Source of the DNA: Halarcobacter sp.
GTDB lineage: Bacteria > Campylobacterota > Campylobacteria > Campylobacterales > Arcobacteraceae
Direction of reading: 5' to 3'
DNA length: 64,000 nt
Assembly: GCA_048571215.1 (NCBI GenBank)
Contig: CP182352.1
Location: forward strand, 800,001-864,000
Shown: in pieces, positions 39,472 through 51,158 of the stretch
Layout of the letters: each line of letters starts with the position of its first letter
Numbering within the stretch: position 1 is the stretch's first letter
Made by a program: the position numbers and the translations under genes
Notes under the pieces: model-generated
Told to the model about the DNA's origin: nothing
Databases searched by the model: none
What the model saw: the letters and a program-made list of their open reading frames with translations, nothing else

Positions 39472-39897
39472 TTAAGAATTCCTTACGATTAAACTTTTTG
39501 GTAAATTAAATTTTTCAATCAACTCTTCTTCTTTTTGTCTATGTTCTCCATTGTCAAGCTCATGGTCAAATCCAAGTAGATGTAAAAGTCCATGGATAAA
39601 TAAAAGTTTTAACTCATCTTCAAAATTATGATTATACTCTTTTGCTTTTTGTTCAACAAAATCAATAGAAATAACAATAGAACCTAAAGGCATATTTGGC
39701 ATATCAAACTCAAGTGGAAAGCTTAGAACATCAGTAGCCTTATCTATATTTCTGTGTTCTTTATTTAAACTTTGCATCTCATCATTTCTTAAAAAAATTA
39801 ACTCTATATCTTTTTTTGTTAATTCATTTAGTATTGTATCTAGTGATGAGATATCAATATCAATATCTGTTTGATTATCAAAGTCAATCATATGCAA
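39472..39897 (-). CDS. ybeY: rRNA maturation endoribonuclease YbeY
   Basis: TDVLSFP, HGLLHLLGFDH. Confidence 0.95.
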   Translation of the reverse strand: MHMIDFDNQTDIDIDISSLDTILNELTKKDIELIFLRNDEMQSLNKEHRNIDKATDVLSFPLEFDMPNMPLGSIVISIDFVEQKAKEYNHNFEDELKLLFIHGLLHLLGFDHELDNGEHRQKEEELIEKFNLPKSLIVRNS

Positions 39898-40015
39898 TCC
39901 ATTATTTTTCGCGGATTATAGCTAAATTTGATAAATTAGTAAATAAAGATTATATTTAATATTTAAGTTAATTCTATATAATATACCAAATATAAAATTA
40001 CTTGGAGTTAGAACT

Positions 40016-40417
40016 ATGTTAGAAATTGGAACAAAAGATAGTATTGAGTTTAAAGTCAAAGAGGAAGATTTAGCAAAAAATTTACATATATCCCCTGAAG
40101 ATAATTTTCCAGAAGTTTTTGCAACAGCTAGAATGGTTGCACTTATGGAGTGTTCAGCTGCAAAAATTTTAACACCACTTTTAAAAGAGGGACAATTGTC
40201 AGTTGGTGTTGAAGTAAATATTAAACATCTTGCACCAACACTTTGTGGTGATATTGCAAAATCAACTGCAAGCTTTGAAGGTATGGAAGGGAAACTTTAT
40301 AAATTTAGTATAGAAGTGGAAGATTCAGGTGGAAAAATTGGAATAGGAACTCATACAAGAGCTATTGTAACTCAAGATAGACTTATGGATGGAGCTAAAA
40401 AAAGAGTTGGAAAATAA
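40016..40417 (+). CDS. FlK-like hotdog thioesterase
   Basis: VFATARMVALME, SVG...HLAPT, GTHTR. Confidence 0.85.
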   Translation: MLEIGTKDSIEFKVKEEDLAKNLHISPEDNFPEVFATARMVALMECSAAKILTPLLKEGQLSVGVEVNIKHLAPTLCGDIAKSTASFEGMEGKLYKFSIEVEDSGGKIGIGTHTRAIVTQDRLMDGAKKRVGK

Positions 40418-40438
40418 AAGAAAAATATTGAGCTATTT

Positions 40439-41788
40439 TTAAAATAGCTCAATCATTTTAGAAACTTCATCCACTGCAAAAGTTTTTAAATCAAGTTTTA
40501 GATTTATTTTTTGTGCAATAACTGCTTTTTTAATTCCTTGAGCTTGTGCTTCTTTTAATCTCATATCAATAGAATAAACATCTTTAATCTCACCCGTAAG
40601 TGAAACTTCCCCTATAAAAGTTGACTCTTTTGAAATGGGTCTATCTCTAAAAGAGGAGATTATAGCAGCAACAACAGCTAAATCAGCAGAACTCTCTTTG
40701 ATTTTAATACCCCCACTTATATTTATAAAAACATCATAATGGTTTAGTGGTAAATCTATTTTCTTTTCCAAAAGGGCTAAAAGCATATTTAGTCTATTCC
40801 CATCAAATCCAGTGGCACTTCTTTTTGGATTTGGGTAGGTTGATTCGGTCACAAGTGCTTGAACTTCAATTATAAGGGCACGACTCCCTTCCATAACAAC
40901 TGTCAAAGCTGAACCACTTTGGGCTTTACTTTTATCAAAGAATTTTGATGCAATATCTTTTGCACTAATTAGACCCTCTCCTGTCATCTCAAATATCCCT
41001 ATCTCTGAGGTAGAACCAAATCTATTTTTAAAACCTCTAAGCATACGTAACTCTTTACTTGATTCCCCTTCAAAATATAAAACAGTATCAACCATATGTT
41101 CCAATACTCTAGGTCCTGCTATACTTCCATCTTTTGTAATATGACCAATTATAAACATAGCTATATCTGACTCTTTTGCTTTACGCATTAGTTCAAAAGT
41201 GATTTCACGCACCTGTGATACAGAACCTGGTGCTGAAGTTAGATTGCTAGAGTATATTGTTTGAATAGAGTCAATAATTACAACTTCATAATTATCCCTT
41301 AAAAGTTCATCTTGTATCTCTTCAAGTTTTATCTCACTTAGTAAAAATAGTTCATCATGGTTTGCATCAAGTCTATTTGCTCTAAGTTTTATCTGTCCAG
41401 CACTCTCTTCACCAGATACATATAAAACTTTTTTACCAGATTTTGCAATACTTCCTGCAACCTTTAAAAGCAAAGTAGATTTTCCAACTCCAGGACTTCC
41501 CCCTATAAGTGTAAGACTTCCAGGAACAATCCCTCCGCCAAGTACTAAATCAAACTCTTCATTGTATGAAGAAAATCTTGTTATATCATCTTGTTGTATT
41601 TGTGTTATGGGGGTTGCTTTTGAAGTTGTGTTAATAACTTTTGATGTTTGTTTAAGTACCTCTTGTTGATCAGCATTTAGTTCAATGAAACTATCCCAAG
41701 AACCACAGTTTGGACACTTCCCAAGCCATTTAGTACTTTGTTCTCCACAATGTTGACACTCAAATAGTGATGTTTTTTTCTTTGCCAT
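40439..41788 (-). CDS. radA: DNA repair protein RadA/Sms
   Basis: Zn finger, GSPGVGKS, KNRFG. Confidence 0.97.
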   Translation of the reverse strand: MAKKKTSLFECQHCGEQSTKWLGKCPNCGSWDSFIELNADQQEVLKQTSKVINTTSKATPITQIQQDDITRFSSYNEEFDLVLGGGIVPGSLTLIGGSPGVGKSTLLLKVAGSIAKSGKKVLYVSGEESAGQIKLRANRLDANHDELFLLSEIKLEEIQDELLRDNYEVVIIDSIQTIYSSNLTSAPGSVSQVREITFELMRKAKESDIAMFIIGHITKDGSIAGPRVLEHMVDTVLYFEGESSKELRMLRGFKNRFGSTSEIGIFEMTGEGLISAKDIASKFFDKSKAQSGSALTVVMEGSRALIIEVQALVTESTYPNPKRSATGFDGNRLNMLLALLEKKIDLPLNHYDVFINISGGIKIKESSADLAVVAAIISSFRDRPISKESTFIGEVSLTGEIKDVYSIDMRLKEAQAQGIKKAVIAQKINLKLDLKTFAVDEVSKMIELF

Positions 41789-42153
41789 AATATATTCCCG
41801 CTTTTAATATGATGAAATTATAATGAAATTTTTATTAGCTTATTAAAAATATGGCAGATTGCAATAGTTTTATATATTATAGTTTAGACCCTTTTAAATA
41901 AAAAGCTAAAATAAGAATAAAATAACTTAAATATCTTATTCTTGATAGACAATCTAATTACACCTTTTTAAGACCAAAAAAGTTATTATAAATATTATAA
42001 AACAACATCTCTTGAAGGCTTTAATCTTAAGTTTAAAGAAGAGGCCTGGGGTGAAATAAGCACTATTTTAGTAAAAAGGGTGATAAACATATTATGATTT
42101 TAATTAGAAATGATTAAGATGGCTATTTATTAAATTTTAAAGGAAGAATTATT

Positions 42154-43062
42154 ATGCAACACAAACTATTAAAAGTTAAAAAAATCTGTTTTTTTTGTTT
42201 ATTGTTTATTTTTTTGGATATTTGTCTTGCTGATAATATAAAAATTGAAATCCCTTCTAAGTTAGGCATTGGTCAAGCCTTTTTACTAAAGGTTTCATCT
42301 AAAGACAAAATCGATAAAATAATAATAAAATGGGATAAAAAATCGATAAAACCTTTTATAAAAGAATACAATGGATATTTTGAAGCTATGGAGATTCTTG
42401 GAATAGGTTTAAATAATAAACTAGGGAAATATCCCTTAAGTATTAAAGTGACACAAGATGGCAAAACTCAAAAAATCAATAGATTCATTGATATAATAGA
42501 TGTAAATTATGCTAGTGAAAAAATTTCAGTGAAACCAAGTTTAGTGAAACCTCCTAAAAAGTTAAACGAACGTTTAAAAAAAGAGCGTAAAGCTATACTT
42601 AATGCTATTAATACAAGAACTATAAAACAGTATTGGAAACTTCCATTTTATCGTCCAGTTGGTGGAATAATGTTAAGTCGTTTTGGTCTAAAGCGTACAT
42701 TTAATAAAGAGATAAAAAGACGACATAGAGGTCTTGATTTTCGAGCAAGAGAAGGTACACCAATACATAGTATTACAAATGGAAAGATAGTCTTAAGTGG
42801 AGAGTTTTATTTTTGTGGAAACGCTATAGTTATTGATCATGGAACTGGTTTGATATCTTTATATTGTCATATGTCCCAGTTATTTCTAAAAAAAGGTGAC
42901 TATGTAGTTTCTGGGCAAAAGATTGGTTTGGCAGGTTCCACAGGACGAGTAACAGCTGCACATTTACATCTATCAATGTATGCAAACGGAAGAGTAATAG
43001 ACCCTGAGCCATTTTTTAATAATACTTTGGATTCTTATAAACAATGGCAAAGTGAAAATTAA
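42154..43062 (+). CDS. M23-family metallopeptidase
   Basis: HRGLD, YCHM, GSTGRVTAAHLH. Confidence 0.9.
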   Translation: MQHKLLKVKKICFFCLLFIFLDICLADNIKIEIPSKLGIGQAFLLKVSSKDKIDKIIIKWDKKSIKPFIKEYNGYFEAMEILGIGLNNKLGKYPLSIKVTQDGKTQKINRFIDIIDVNYASEKISVKPSLVKPPKKLNERLKKERKAILNAINTRTIKQYWKLPFYRPVGGIMLSRFGLKRTFNKEIKRRHRGLDFRAREGTPIHSITNGKIVLSGEFYFCGNAIVIDHGTGLISLYCHMSQLFLKKGDYVVSGQKIGLAGSTGRVTAAHLHLSMYANGRVIDPEPFFNNTLDSYKQWQSEN

Positions 43063-43234
43063 AATTTAGAGCTCTTAGTTATTCTTTTGTCTTTACAATT
43101 ATTAAAGTAAAAATTTATATAAATAAAATGACAATTTGTATAAAAATAGGTAAAATTTATTTTACTTTAATACTTATCGTAATATTATCATTTTTGTAAA
43201 ATAAATAAAAATATAAAAATAAGGTCTTAAAAAA

Positions 43235-45147
43235 GTGTTTAACAGTATTAGAAAAAAATTATTATCATTAGTTATATGCTCAGTACTTTTAATAGTAATT
43301 ATTACTACAGCTATTAGTATAAAATTAACCTATAGCAATAGTAATAAAACTTTAGTTGAGTTTGAAAACAGTATTGTAAATGAGAAGAAAGAGCTTCTAA
43401 AAAATGAAGTTTTAACTGTATATACAATTATCGAAGCGATTATTAAAAACTCTAAAGATATTGAGGAAGCAAAAAGGAAAGTTATTAGTGTTATTTCACA
43501 ATCAAGATTTTTAAAAGGAAGTGGTTATTTCTTTGCTTATGAAAAGATTGGAAATGATTATTATTTTGCATTCCATGGAACAAAATCACAGTTAAATGGA
43601 ACGAAAACTGATATCACAAAGACAGATATAAATGGTTTTCAGTTTAGAAAAGAGTTGATAGAAACGGCAAATAATGACAATAAATTTGTTGAATATTTTT
43701 ATAAAAAACCAAATACCAATGAGGTATTAAAGAAACTCTCTTTTTCAAAATATATTAAAGAGTTAAATTGGACTATTGTTACAGGTCTTTATGTTGATGA
43801 TATAGATAAAATGATTATAAAAGAGAAAAAGAGAATTGATGAAGATGTAAATACTTTGATTTTAACTCTTATATCAATAATAATAGTTTTATTCATTATT
43901 ACTGTAATAATAGTTGCTTATATCTCTAAAATTGCATTGATTAATCCTTTAGAAGTTTTTGAAAAAGGTTTATTGTCATTTTTATCATTTTTAAATAAAG
44001 AAAAAAAAGATGTTAATTTGATAAATGTCACTAGTAAAGATGAAATAGGTTTAATGACAAATAGAATAAATGAAAATATTCTTAAAATCAAAAAAACAAT
44101 ACAAGAAGATGATAAAGTTATTGAAGATGTAACAAAGATAGTAAATGAGGTAAGTCTGGAATCTTAACAAAAAAAGTTGAGGCAAAAACTTCTAATAGTG
44201 TAATTAGTGAGTTAACAAAAGAGTTGAATCTTATGATAGAAAATCTATATGGCACTATTAGTCACACAATTGATGTTTTAAAATCATATGAAAAAAGAGA
44301 TTTTACCAAACAAACTAATTTATCTTGTAAAGGTGAATTGTGTACATTGACAAGTGGAGTTAATAAATTAGGACAAGAGATATCTATTATGTTAAAAACA
44401 AATTTAGATAATTCAGAAGTTTTAGATAATAGTGCCAACGATTTAACTACAAATATGAATAGACTTACAGTTAGTGCAAATGAACAAGCAGCATCTTTGG
44501 AAGAAACAGCAGCCGCTTTAGAAGAGATAACAGAAACAATGAGAGCAAATTCCAATAATATAAATGAGCTCTCTTCAAATTCTATTTCACTTAGAGATGA
44601 AGTAAATATAGGTAAAGAATTATCTAGAAAAACGAGTAGTTCTATGGAAGAGATAAATATCAATGTAAATGCGATTACAGAATCTATTGCTATTATTGAT
44701 CAAATAGCATTTCAAACAAATATTCTATCACTAAATGCAGCTGTAGAAGCAGCAACAGCAGGTGAGGCAGGAAAAGGTTTTGCTGTTGTAGCAGGTGAGG
44801 TTAGAAATCTAGCAACAAGATCAGCAGAAGCTGCTAAAGAGATAAAAGAGTTAGTTCAAAATGCCACATCAAGTGCTACCGAAGGTAAAGATATAGTCAA
44901 TAGTATGTATGAGGGATATGAAAAACTAAATAATAATATTATAAATACTACATCGATTGTCCAAACTGTTACAGTTAATGCTAAAGAACAAATGACAGGA
45001 GTTGAACAAATAAATTCAGCTGTGGGTCAGTTGGATAAAACAACACAAGAAAATGCAGCAATTGCTTCTGAAATAAATGAAGTAGTTAAAAATGTGCATA
45101 ATATGGCTGATGAGATTGTAAAAGAAGTACAAAAATCAAAATTTTAA
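43235..45147 (+). pseudogene. Cache-domain methyl-accepting chemotaxis protein split by a -1 frameshift
   Basis: Sensor half 43235..44167 and signalling half ([17 protein letters not shown]...GKGFAVVA) join if one A is restored at ~44152. Confidence 0.85.
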
Positions 45148-45184
45148 AGATAAGTAGATAAAAAAATAGGGGGAATTAGAAGGC

Positions 45185-45205
45185 AAAGCAGCCATAGGCT
45201 GCTTT
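45185..45205. terminator. Bidirectional terminator hairpin
   Basis: AAAGCAGCC-ATA-GGCTGCTTT between convergent genes. Confidence 0.8.
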
Positions 45206-45216
45206 AAGAGATGGTG

Positions 45217-45435
45217 TTACAGTGCAGTAACGTTTTCTGCTTGAAGACCTTTTTCTCCTTGAGCTACCTCAAAAGAAACTTTTTGACCTTCGTCTAATGA
45301 TACTCTACCATATCCACTGTTATTAATTTGTCTGTAGTGTACGAATACATCTTTTCCACCATTTTCTTGTTCGATAAATCCGAAACCTTTTTCGCTATTG
45401 AACCATTTTACAGTTCCGTTTACTAATGTTGCCAT
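45217..45435 (-). CDS. Cold-shock protein (CspA family)
   Basis: GTVKWFN, KGFGFI, DVFVH. Confidence 0.95.
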   Translation of the reverse strand: MATLVNGTVKWFNSEKGFGFIEQENGGKDVFVHYRQINNSGYGRVSLDEGQKVSFEVAQGEKGLQAENVTAL

Positions 45436-45713
45436 TGTTTTTCCTTAAGTGTTTAATTGGTGCCTAAATTAGGCGGTCTAAAAATATAATATGAAGTTTT
45501 CTTTTAAGATCTAAATTTACTGTTAACAAGAAGTCATCAAAATAAAGCAGACTAAAGATGTAACTCGAATCATCTTTTTGTGACAGTATTGTATCTTAAA
45601 AAAATATAAAATGCAAGTAAAGTGTGAAAATAAAGTAAAAAGTAATGAAATTCTCACTTTTTAGCCTAAAAGTTATATAAAAACTAATTAGTAGTAGTAT
45701 TATAAATATAATT

Positions 45714-46175
45714 TTGTATAATAAAAAAAGGGTAGATATGGATGAGTTTTTAGAAGCTGCTATAGAAGAGGCTAAAAAAGGTTTTAAACAAGGTGGGATT
45801 CCTATTGGTTCTGTACTTGTTATTGATGGTAAGATAGTTGGAAGGGGACATAATAAAAGAGTACAAAATGGAAGTGCTATATTACATGCAGAGATGGATT
45901 GTTTAGAAAATGCTGGAAGAATAAAAGCTAGTGATTATAAAAGAGCAATCTTATATTCTACCTTATCCCCATGTGATATGTGTAGTGGTGCTGTTTTATT
46001 ATATGGGATACCAAAAATAGTTGTTGGAGAGAATAAAACATTTAAAGGACCAGAAGAGTACGTGAAATCTCGTGGAGTGGAAGTAGAAGTGGTAGATAAT
46101 CAAGAGTGTATTAAACTTATGGAAGATTTTATTGAAAATAACTCAAAACTTTGGAATGAAGATATTGGAGTATAA
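45714..46175 (+). CDS. Cytosine/nucleoside deaminase (likely start 45738)
   Basis: HAE and PCDMC zinc motifs. Confidence 0.88.
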   Translation: MYNKKRVDMDEFLEAAIEEAKKGFKQGGIPIGSVLVIDGKIVGRGHNKRVQNGSAILHAEMDCLENAGRIKASDYKRAILYSTLSPCDMCSGAVLLYGIPKIVVGENKTFKGPEEYVKSRGVEVEVVDNQECIKLMEDFIENNSKLWNEDIGV

Positions 46176-46181
46176 TATTTT

Positions 46182-46655
46182 ATGAATAAGATAAAACTAT
46201 TTTGTGATGGAAGTGTTAATCCCCAAAAGAAAACAGGCTTTGCAGCTTATTTTATATATGATAAAAATCTTACTTGCCAAAACATAAATTTAAAAAAATT
46301 TGAAAACACCTCTTCAACTAAATTAGAACTTGAGGCTTTGCTTTGGGCACTAGAAGATGAAACTTTGAAAAATAAGCAGATAACTGTTTATACAGATTGT
46401 CAAAATATTTTAGGATTGTTTAATAGAAAAGAGAAATTAGAAAAAAATTCTTATCTTACAAGTACAGGAAAAACTGTTAAAAACCATGAGCTTTATAAAG
46501 AGTTTTTTACCCAATGTGATAAACTTGATATTTGTTTTGAAAAGGTAGAAGGTCATAAAAAATCTTCATTAAAAAATGAGATTGATAATCTTTTCAATCT
46601 AGTTGATAAAGCTTCAAGAAAAGCATTAAGGGAGTATCTTATTCCCAAATATTGA
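46182..46655 (+). CDS. RNase H-family protein
   Basis: FCDGS, ELEA, YTDCQ, KVEGH. Confidence 0.75.
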   Translation: MNKIKLFCDGSVNPQKKTGFAAYFIYDKNLTCQNINLKKFENTSSTKLELEALLWALEDETLKNKQITVYTDCQNILGLFNRKEKLEKNSYLTSTGKTVKNHELYKEFFTQCDKLDICFEKVEGHKKSSLKNEIDNLFNLVDKASRKALREYLIPKY

Positions 46656-47667
46656 TATCAATCCCTTTTTCTCTTATGGCAGTTGAGCGTTTAGTAAGAT
46701 ATCTTTGAAACTCTTTTTCTTTTTTAAAAGCATCACTTGCCACATAATCAACTATAGATTGAAAATGGTAGTTTTTTAGTATCGCTTCAACCCTTATGAT
46801 TTCATTTGCTTTTTCATCAAAAAATATTACAGTTGGAATATGGGTAATATTTAACTGTTTTGCCCAATCTTTTATTTTGATAATCATTTTTTGAGGGTTT
46901 ACTATAGATTTTGATGAATTCATATTTACTTGATATAAGTCTAATTTTTTTAAAAGTTTTCTTGTGGTTTTATCTTTTAGAAGTTTGTTATGAAGTGTTT
47001 CACATTGGGGACAATTAGGGGTTTCGAAAAATACTGCCATCTTTTTAGCATCACTAGCTCTCATGAAGTTTTTTGAATCTTTGAATAAATCAGCTTCTTT
47101 TATCAAAATATCATTTTTATTAGTTTTATTATTTTTAGATAAAAACTCTTTATAGCTTAGCTCTTTTTCTTTTTTTGATATGATATAGTCTAAAGCAAGG
47201 TTAAATTGGGGAATATCAATATATCCATTTAGTCTTAGGATCTGTTTTTTATTTTCATCATAAAATATTAATGTTGGAGTGAATTGTATTTTATGTTTTA
47301 TTGCAAACTCTTTTTCTGTAAGCTCTTCTCCATCGATATCAACCATCTCTTTGCTACCAAACATATTTATATCTATTACACCAAAATATTTTAAAAGTTT
47401 TTCTTTTGTTTTCTTATCATTTAAGTTTTTTGTAACAAAAGCATTACAATATGGGCATCCATCTTGTTCAATAAAAAGCATAAGTCTTTTATTTTCTAAG
47501 GCTAAGGTTTCAATATCATCTGAGAGTTCAAGAAAACTGTTTAAAAACCAAGTGGGCATAGTAGTTTGTTTCCCACCAATAAATTTACCCATCTCTTTTT
47601 CTTGGGCATAAAGTGTTGATGTAATTAGAAAAAAGGTAAAAAAAGTGATAATTATTTTTCTTAACAT
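46639..47667 (-). CDS. Exported tandem thioredoxin-fold protein (SoxW-like)
   Basis: Signal peptide; CPYC and CPQC; FTPT cis-Pro. Confidence 0.75.
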   Translation of the reverse strand: MLRKIIITFFTFFLITSTLYAQEKEMGKFIGGKQTTMPTWFLNSFLELSDDIETLALENKRLMLFIEQDGCPYCNAFVTKNLNDKKTKEKLLKYFGVIDINMFGSKEMVDIDGEELTEKEFAIKHKIQFTPTLIFYDENKKQILRLNGYIDIPQFNLALDYIISKKEKELSYKEFLSKNNKTNKNDILIKEADLFKDSKNFMRASDAKKMAVFFETPNCPQCETLHNKLLKDKTTRKLLKKLDLYQVNMNSSKSIVNPQKMIIKIKDWAKQLNITHIPTVIFFDEKANEIIRVEAILKNYHFQSIVDYVASDAFKKEKEFQRYLTKRSTAIREKGIDINIWE

Positions 47668-47803
47668 AATAAACTCCTTATTTGAAGTTGATTTAATGCT
47701 AACATAGCTAGCTTAAAAATCACTTTTAAATTTATTTTTAACTTATCTAATTAAACTAAGAACCAACAAGATATAATTTTGAAGATTTATAAAGGGATTT
47801 AAA

Positions 47804-48358
47804 ATGATTTTATATATACATGGATTTGGAAGTAGTGGAAATGGTGGTAAGGCAACACTTTTTAGGGAATATTTTGAAGATGAAGTAATAGCTCCATCTT
47901 TATCTTATGTTCCCAATTTGGCAATTGATACTTTAGAACAAATAATTGAAATGCTTCAAGCCAAAAATGAAAAGGTAGCTTTAGTAGGATCCTCTTTAGG
48001 TGGATATTATGCAATTTATTTAGCAAATAAATATGATTTGAAAGCTGTATTAATAAACCCTTCAATTTACCCATATAAAACCTTGGACAAAATTGGAATG
48101 GCAATGAATTATTATGATATGTCCTCTTTTGAAGTAACAGCAGAACATATCCAAGCATTAAAAGGTTTTGAAGTAAAAACAATAAAAAAACAAGAAAATT
48201 TTATGACACTTTTACAAACAGAAGATGAGGTGTTGGATTATACACAAGCAGAAGAAAAATTAAGTGATAGTGAACTAATAATAGAAGAGGGTGGAAATCA
48301 CTCTTTTGAAAATATTGAGAGTTACTTTAGAAAGATAGGTGGTTTTTTACATATGTAA
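47804..48358 (+). CDS. YqiA/YcfP-family esterase
   Basis: YIHGF, GSSLGG, DEVLD, GGNH. Confidence 0.9.
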   Translation: MILYIHGFGSSGNGGKATLFREYFEDEVIAPSLSYVPNLAIDTLEQIIEMLQAKNEKVALVGSSLGGYYAIYLANKYDLKAVLINPSIYPYKTLDKIGMAMNYYDMSSFEVTAEHIQALKGFEVKTIKKQENFMTLLQTEDEVLDYTQAEEKLSDSELIIEEGGNHSFENIESYFRKIGGFLHM

Positions 48359-48383
48359 ATAGTAAGCTTAAAGCTTACTATTT
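48357..48383. terminator. Hairpin between convergent genes
   Basis: AAATAGTAAGCTT-A-AAGCTTACTATTT. Confidence 0.7.
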
Positions 48384-49342
48384 TACTCACCTTTAATTTT
48401 ATTTAAATCAAGTCCAAATGCTTTGAAATTTGATTCTACAGAGTGTTTTTCTTCATGTACTTTTGAATTATAATGTCCCATTTCTTCTTTTGGAAGTAAA
48501 TGGTCTTTTAAATTGAAACTAGCTCTTGGTTGTGCGTCAACATAAAGTGCTACGTCAGCAGCTTCTTGATCACTTAATGTTCCACCTTGACCAAATGGCA
48601 TATTTTCTTGAATCCAAGCTGGAGCTTTGTTAAGTTTACTCATACCAGCACCTGTATTATAAGATAACCATTTATCATTTTTATCTTGTCCCCATAATGG
48701 AGGAAAAGCTGCAATACCTTCACCATTCATACCATGACATGATGCACATTTTGTTTCAAATATTTTTTTACCAGCTAGATAGTTTTTATGAGTAGCTTTT
48801 CTTTGAATAGCTGCAAATTTCTTTTGATGTGATGCCCATCTTTTACTTGTAAGTACACTACATGGTCTATGTTCTTCCATTTGTATTGGAAATCCAGTAG
48901 AAAGCCATGTGATATAAGCAGCCATAGCAATAGATGCTTCTGTATCAATAATTGGTCTTTTCCCATCCATACTTCTCATATAACAGTTATTGATTCTGTC
49001 TTGTAATGTTTGTAATGTTTTTTCTCTTTTTGAAAATGCAGGAAAAGATGCAGCTGTTCCTCTAAATGTACCTACTGTAGTCATAGTTCCAGGTTTCCCA
49101 TCTTTTCCTGGAAGGTGACAACTTTTACATTGTAGGTTGTTTCCTACTAAGTCTTTTGTTAAGGGGTGTGTATTAGTTTCATTCATAATAGCTTCACCTA
49201 ATTTTACCATTCTTCCTAATTCACCATCTGGGTATGTTTGTGGTACATTAGGTGTTTGTGCAAACATTAGTGTTGATACTAAACCTACTAATAAAATTGA
49301 TTTCATGATATCTCCTTTTTTATCTATGAATAGATTATACAA
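48383..49342 (-). CDS. tsdA: Diheme cytochrome c thiosulfate dehydrogenase/tetrathionate reductase (likely start 49306)
   Basis: CKSCH, RINNCYMRSM, CASCH, PPLWG, SYNTGAGM. Confidence 0.85.
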   Translation of the reverse strand: MYNLFIDKKGDIMKSILLVGLVSTLMFAQTPNVPQTYPDGELGRMVKLGEAIMNETNTHPLTKDLVGNNLQCKSCHLPGKDGKPGTMTTVGTFRGTAASFPAFSKREKTLQTLQDRINNCYMRSMDGKRPIIDTEASIAMAAYITWLSTGFPIQMEEHRPCSVLTSKRWASHQKKFAAIQRKATHKNYLAGKKIFETKCASCHGMNGEGIAAFPPLWGQDKNDKWLSYNTGAGMSKLNKAPAWIQENMPFGQGGTLSDQEAADVALYVDAQPRASFNLKDHLLPKEEMGHYNSKVHEEKHSVESNFKAFGLDLNKIKGE

Positions 49343-49381
49343 AAATAAAGTTACTTTTGTGTATATTTTAAAGTATTAAAA

Positions 49382-50509
49382 TTAAGTAGAGGTTAAGAAT
49401 GTATATTTAAACTTAGTACCACTGTGTTTTTCTGATTGTACTTCTATTTTTATCTGATTTTCATCACAAATATTTTTTACAATATTTAGACCAAGACCTA
49501 TCCCTTTGATAGAGTTTTCTTTATAGTATCTATTAAATATAGCCTTTTTATCCTTTATGGTTTTACCTATATTATGAACACTAAAAATCAAATTCTCTTC
49601 TTTTTTATATAACTTAATAGTTATAGTAGTGTTTTTATTAGAATATTTTATAGCATTAGAGATTGTATTATCTATAATTCTTTGAAGATGTATTCTATTT
49701 AGATTTATTTGTATATTTGGTTCAATTTGTGTATCAAAATTAAGATTTTTTGCCACTGTTAAACTTTCAAATTGATCAATTCTTTGCCATAAAAGATATG
49801 AAAACTCTATTTGCTCTTTGTTATAACTTACACTTTTTTGTTTAATCAAGTACTCAATATCTTCATAAACTAGAAGTAGGTTTTTTGTTGCATTTATAGA
49901 GCGTTCTATCTCCTTTGTTTTTGCTTGTTTCTCTTGTAAAATTTCTAAGTTCAATTGGATAATCCCTAAGGGAGTTTTTAGTTCATGCATAGCGTCATTG
50001 AAAAATGCATCAAGATATTCATTCACTTTTTTATAGGGCTCAATACTAGCTTTTATGATTAAAAATATGGAGATAAAGATAAATAAAGAGATGCAAATGA
50101 CAAGTATTAATATCTTTAGATAGATTCTTTTATAGGAAATCTCTTTTATAAGAGTGAGATTTTTTGCATTGAGTCTATTCTCTGCTAAATTTATATCTAA
50201 TCTAATGCTTTTTTTAAAATTTTTTTCATCATTTATTTTATAGAGTGTTTTTGAGTTTGAATCTTTTACTATCACTTTATACTTAAAAGATTTAGGAAAA
50301 ATAAAAGTGTCATTTGTAGAGCTTGAAAAATCATATATAGCCCTTTGGATTTTATTTGCATATTGACTTATAACTCTATTTTGATAGCTATTATAGTTTT
50401 TTATTTCAATCTGCATATAAAAGTAGCTAGGAATGGCTATAAATATAAAAAAAATTATAGTATATATGATTGATATATTAAGAATATAATCTTTATTTTT
50501 CTTCAACAA
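49382..50509 (-). CDS. Sensor histidine kinase
   Basis: HELKTP, NAIKY, GIGLGL. Confidence 0.92.
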   Translation of the reverse strand: MLKKNKDYILNISIIYTIIFFIFIAIPSYFYMQIEIKNYNSYQNRVISQYANKIQRAIYDFSSSTNDTFIFPKSFKYKVIVKDSNSKTLYKINDEKNFKKSIRLDINLAENRLNAKNLTLIKEISYKRIYLKILILVICISLFIFISIFLIIKASIEPYKKVNEYLDAFFNDAMHELKTPLGIIQLNLEILQEKQAKTKEIERSINATKNLLLVYEDIEYLIKQKSVSYNKEQIEFSYLLWQRIDQFESLTVAKNLNFDTQIEPNIQINLNRIHLQRIIDNTISNAIKYSNKNTTITIKLYKKEENLIFSVHNIGKTIKDKKAIFNRYYKENSIKGIGLGLNIVKNICDENQIKIEVQSEKHSGTKFKYTFLTST

Positions 50510-51158
50510 TTTTATATCCTAAGCCTCTTTGATTTATAATAAAATCTTTAGAAGTTTTATCTCTGATTTTTTTTATGCAAACTCTTATATCAGCTTCACA
50601 AATAAATCTATCTTCCCAAATCTCTTCCCTTAATCTATCTATTGAGATAAATTGGTTTAGATTTGAGATAAGACAAAAAACCACTTCAGTTTGTTTTTTT
50701 GTTAGCTTAATAACTTCATCATCATTTTTATATAACTCTTTTTTGATAATATCGTAGCTGATATTAAAATTTAAGTTTATTTTTTGCTGGTTTTGAGAAT
50801 AAAAAAGTTTTGTAAGTTGTTCTATTCTATATTTTAATTCTTTAGGTGAAAAAGGTTTTTTTATATAATCATTACAACCAAGTTCATAACCTAAACTCAG
50901 GTTATTTATATCCGTTAAAGATGTTATATATATTACCGGAGTAGTATCTCCTTCTTCTCTTATATTTTTTACTAGTTCATAACCATTTAGCCTAGGAACT
51001 CTAATATCTAAAATCAAAATATGATATTTGTTTTCATAAATCGCTTCTAATGCTTCTTGCCCATCTTCAAAGCAATCAACACTATAATCAAAGGATTCTA
51101 AATAATCTTTTATGGATTGGTTATACTCTAAATCATCTTCTAATAGTAGTAGTTTCAT
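50493..51158 (-). CDS. OmpR-family response regulator
   Basis: LLEDD, ILDI, KPF, RGLGY. Confidence 0.92.
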   Translation of the reverse strand: MKLLLLEDDLEYNQSIKDYLESFDYSVDCFEDGQEALEAIYENKYHILILDIRVPRLNGYELVKNIREEGDTTPVIYITSLTDINNLSLGYELGCNDYIKKPFSPKELKYRIEQLTKLFYSQNQQKINLNFNISYDIIKKELYKNDDEVIKLTKKQTEVVFCLISNLNQFISIDRLREEIWEDRFICEADIRVCIKKIRDKTSKDFIINQRGLGYKIVEEK

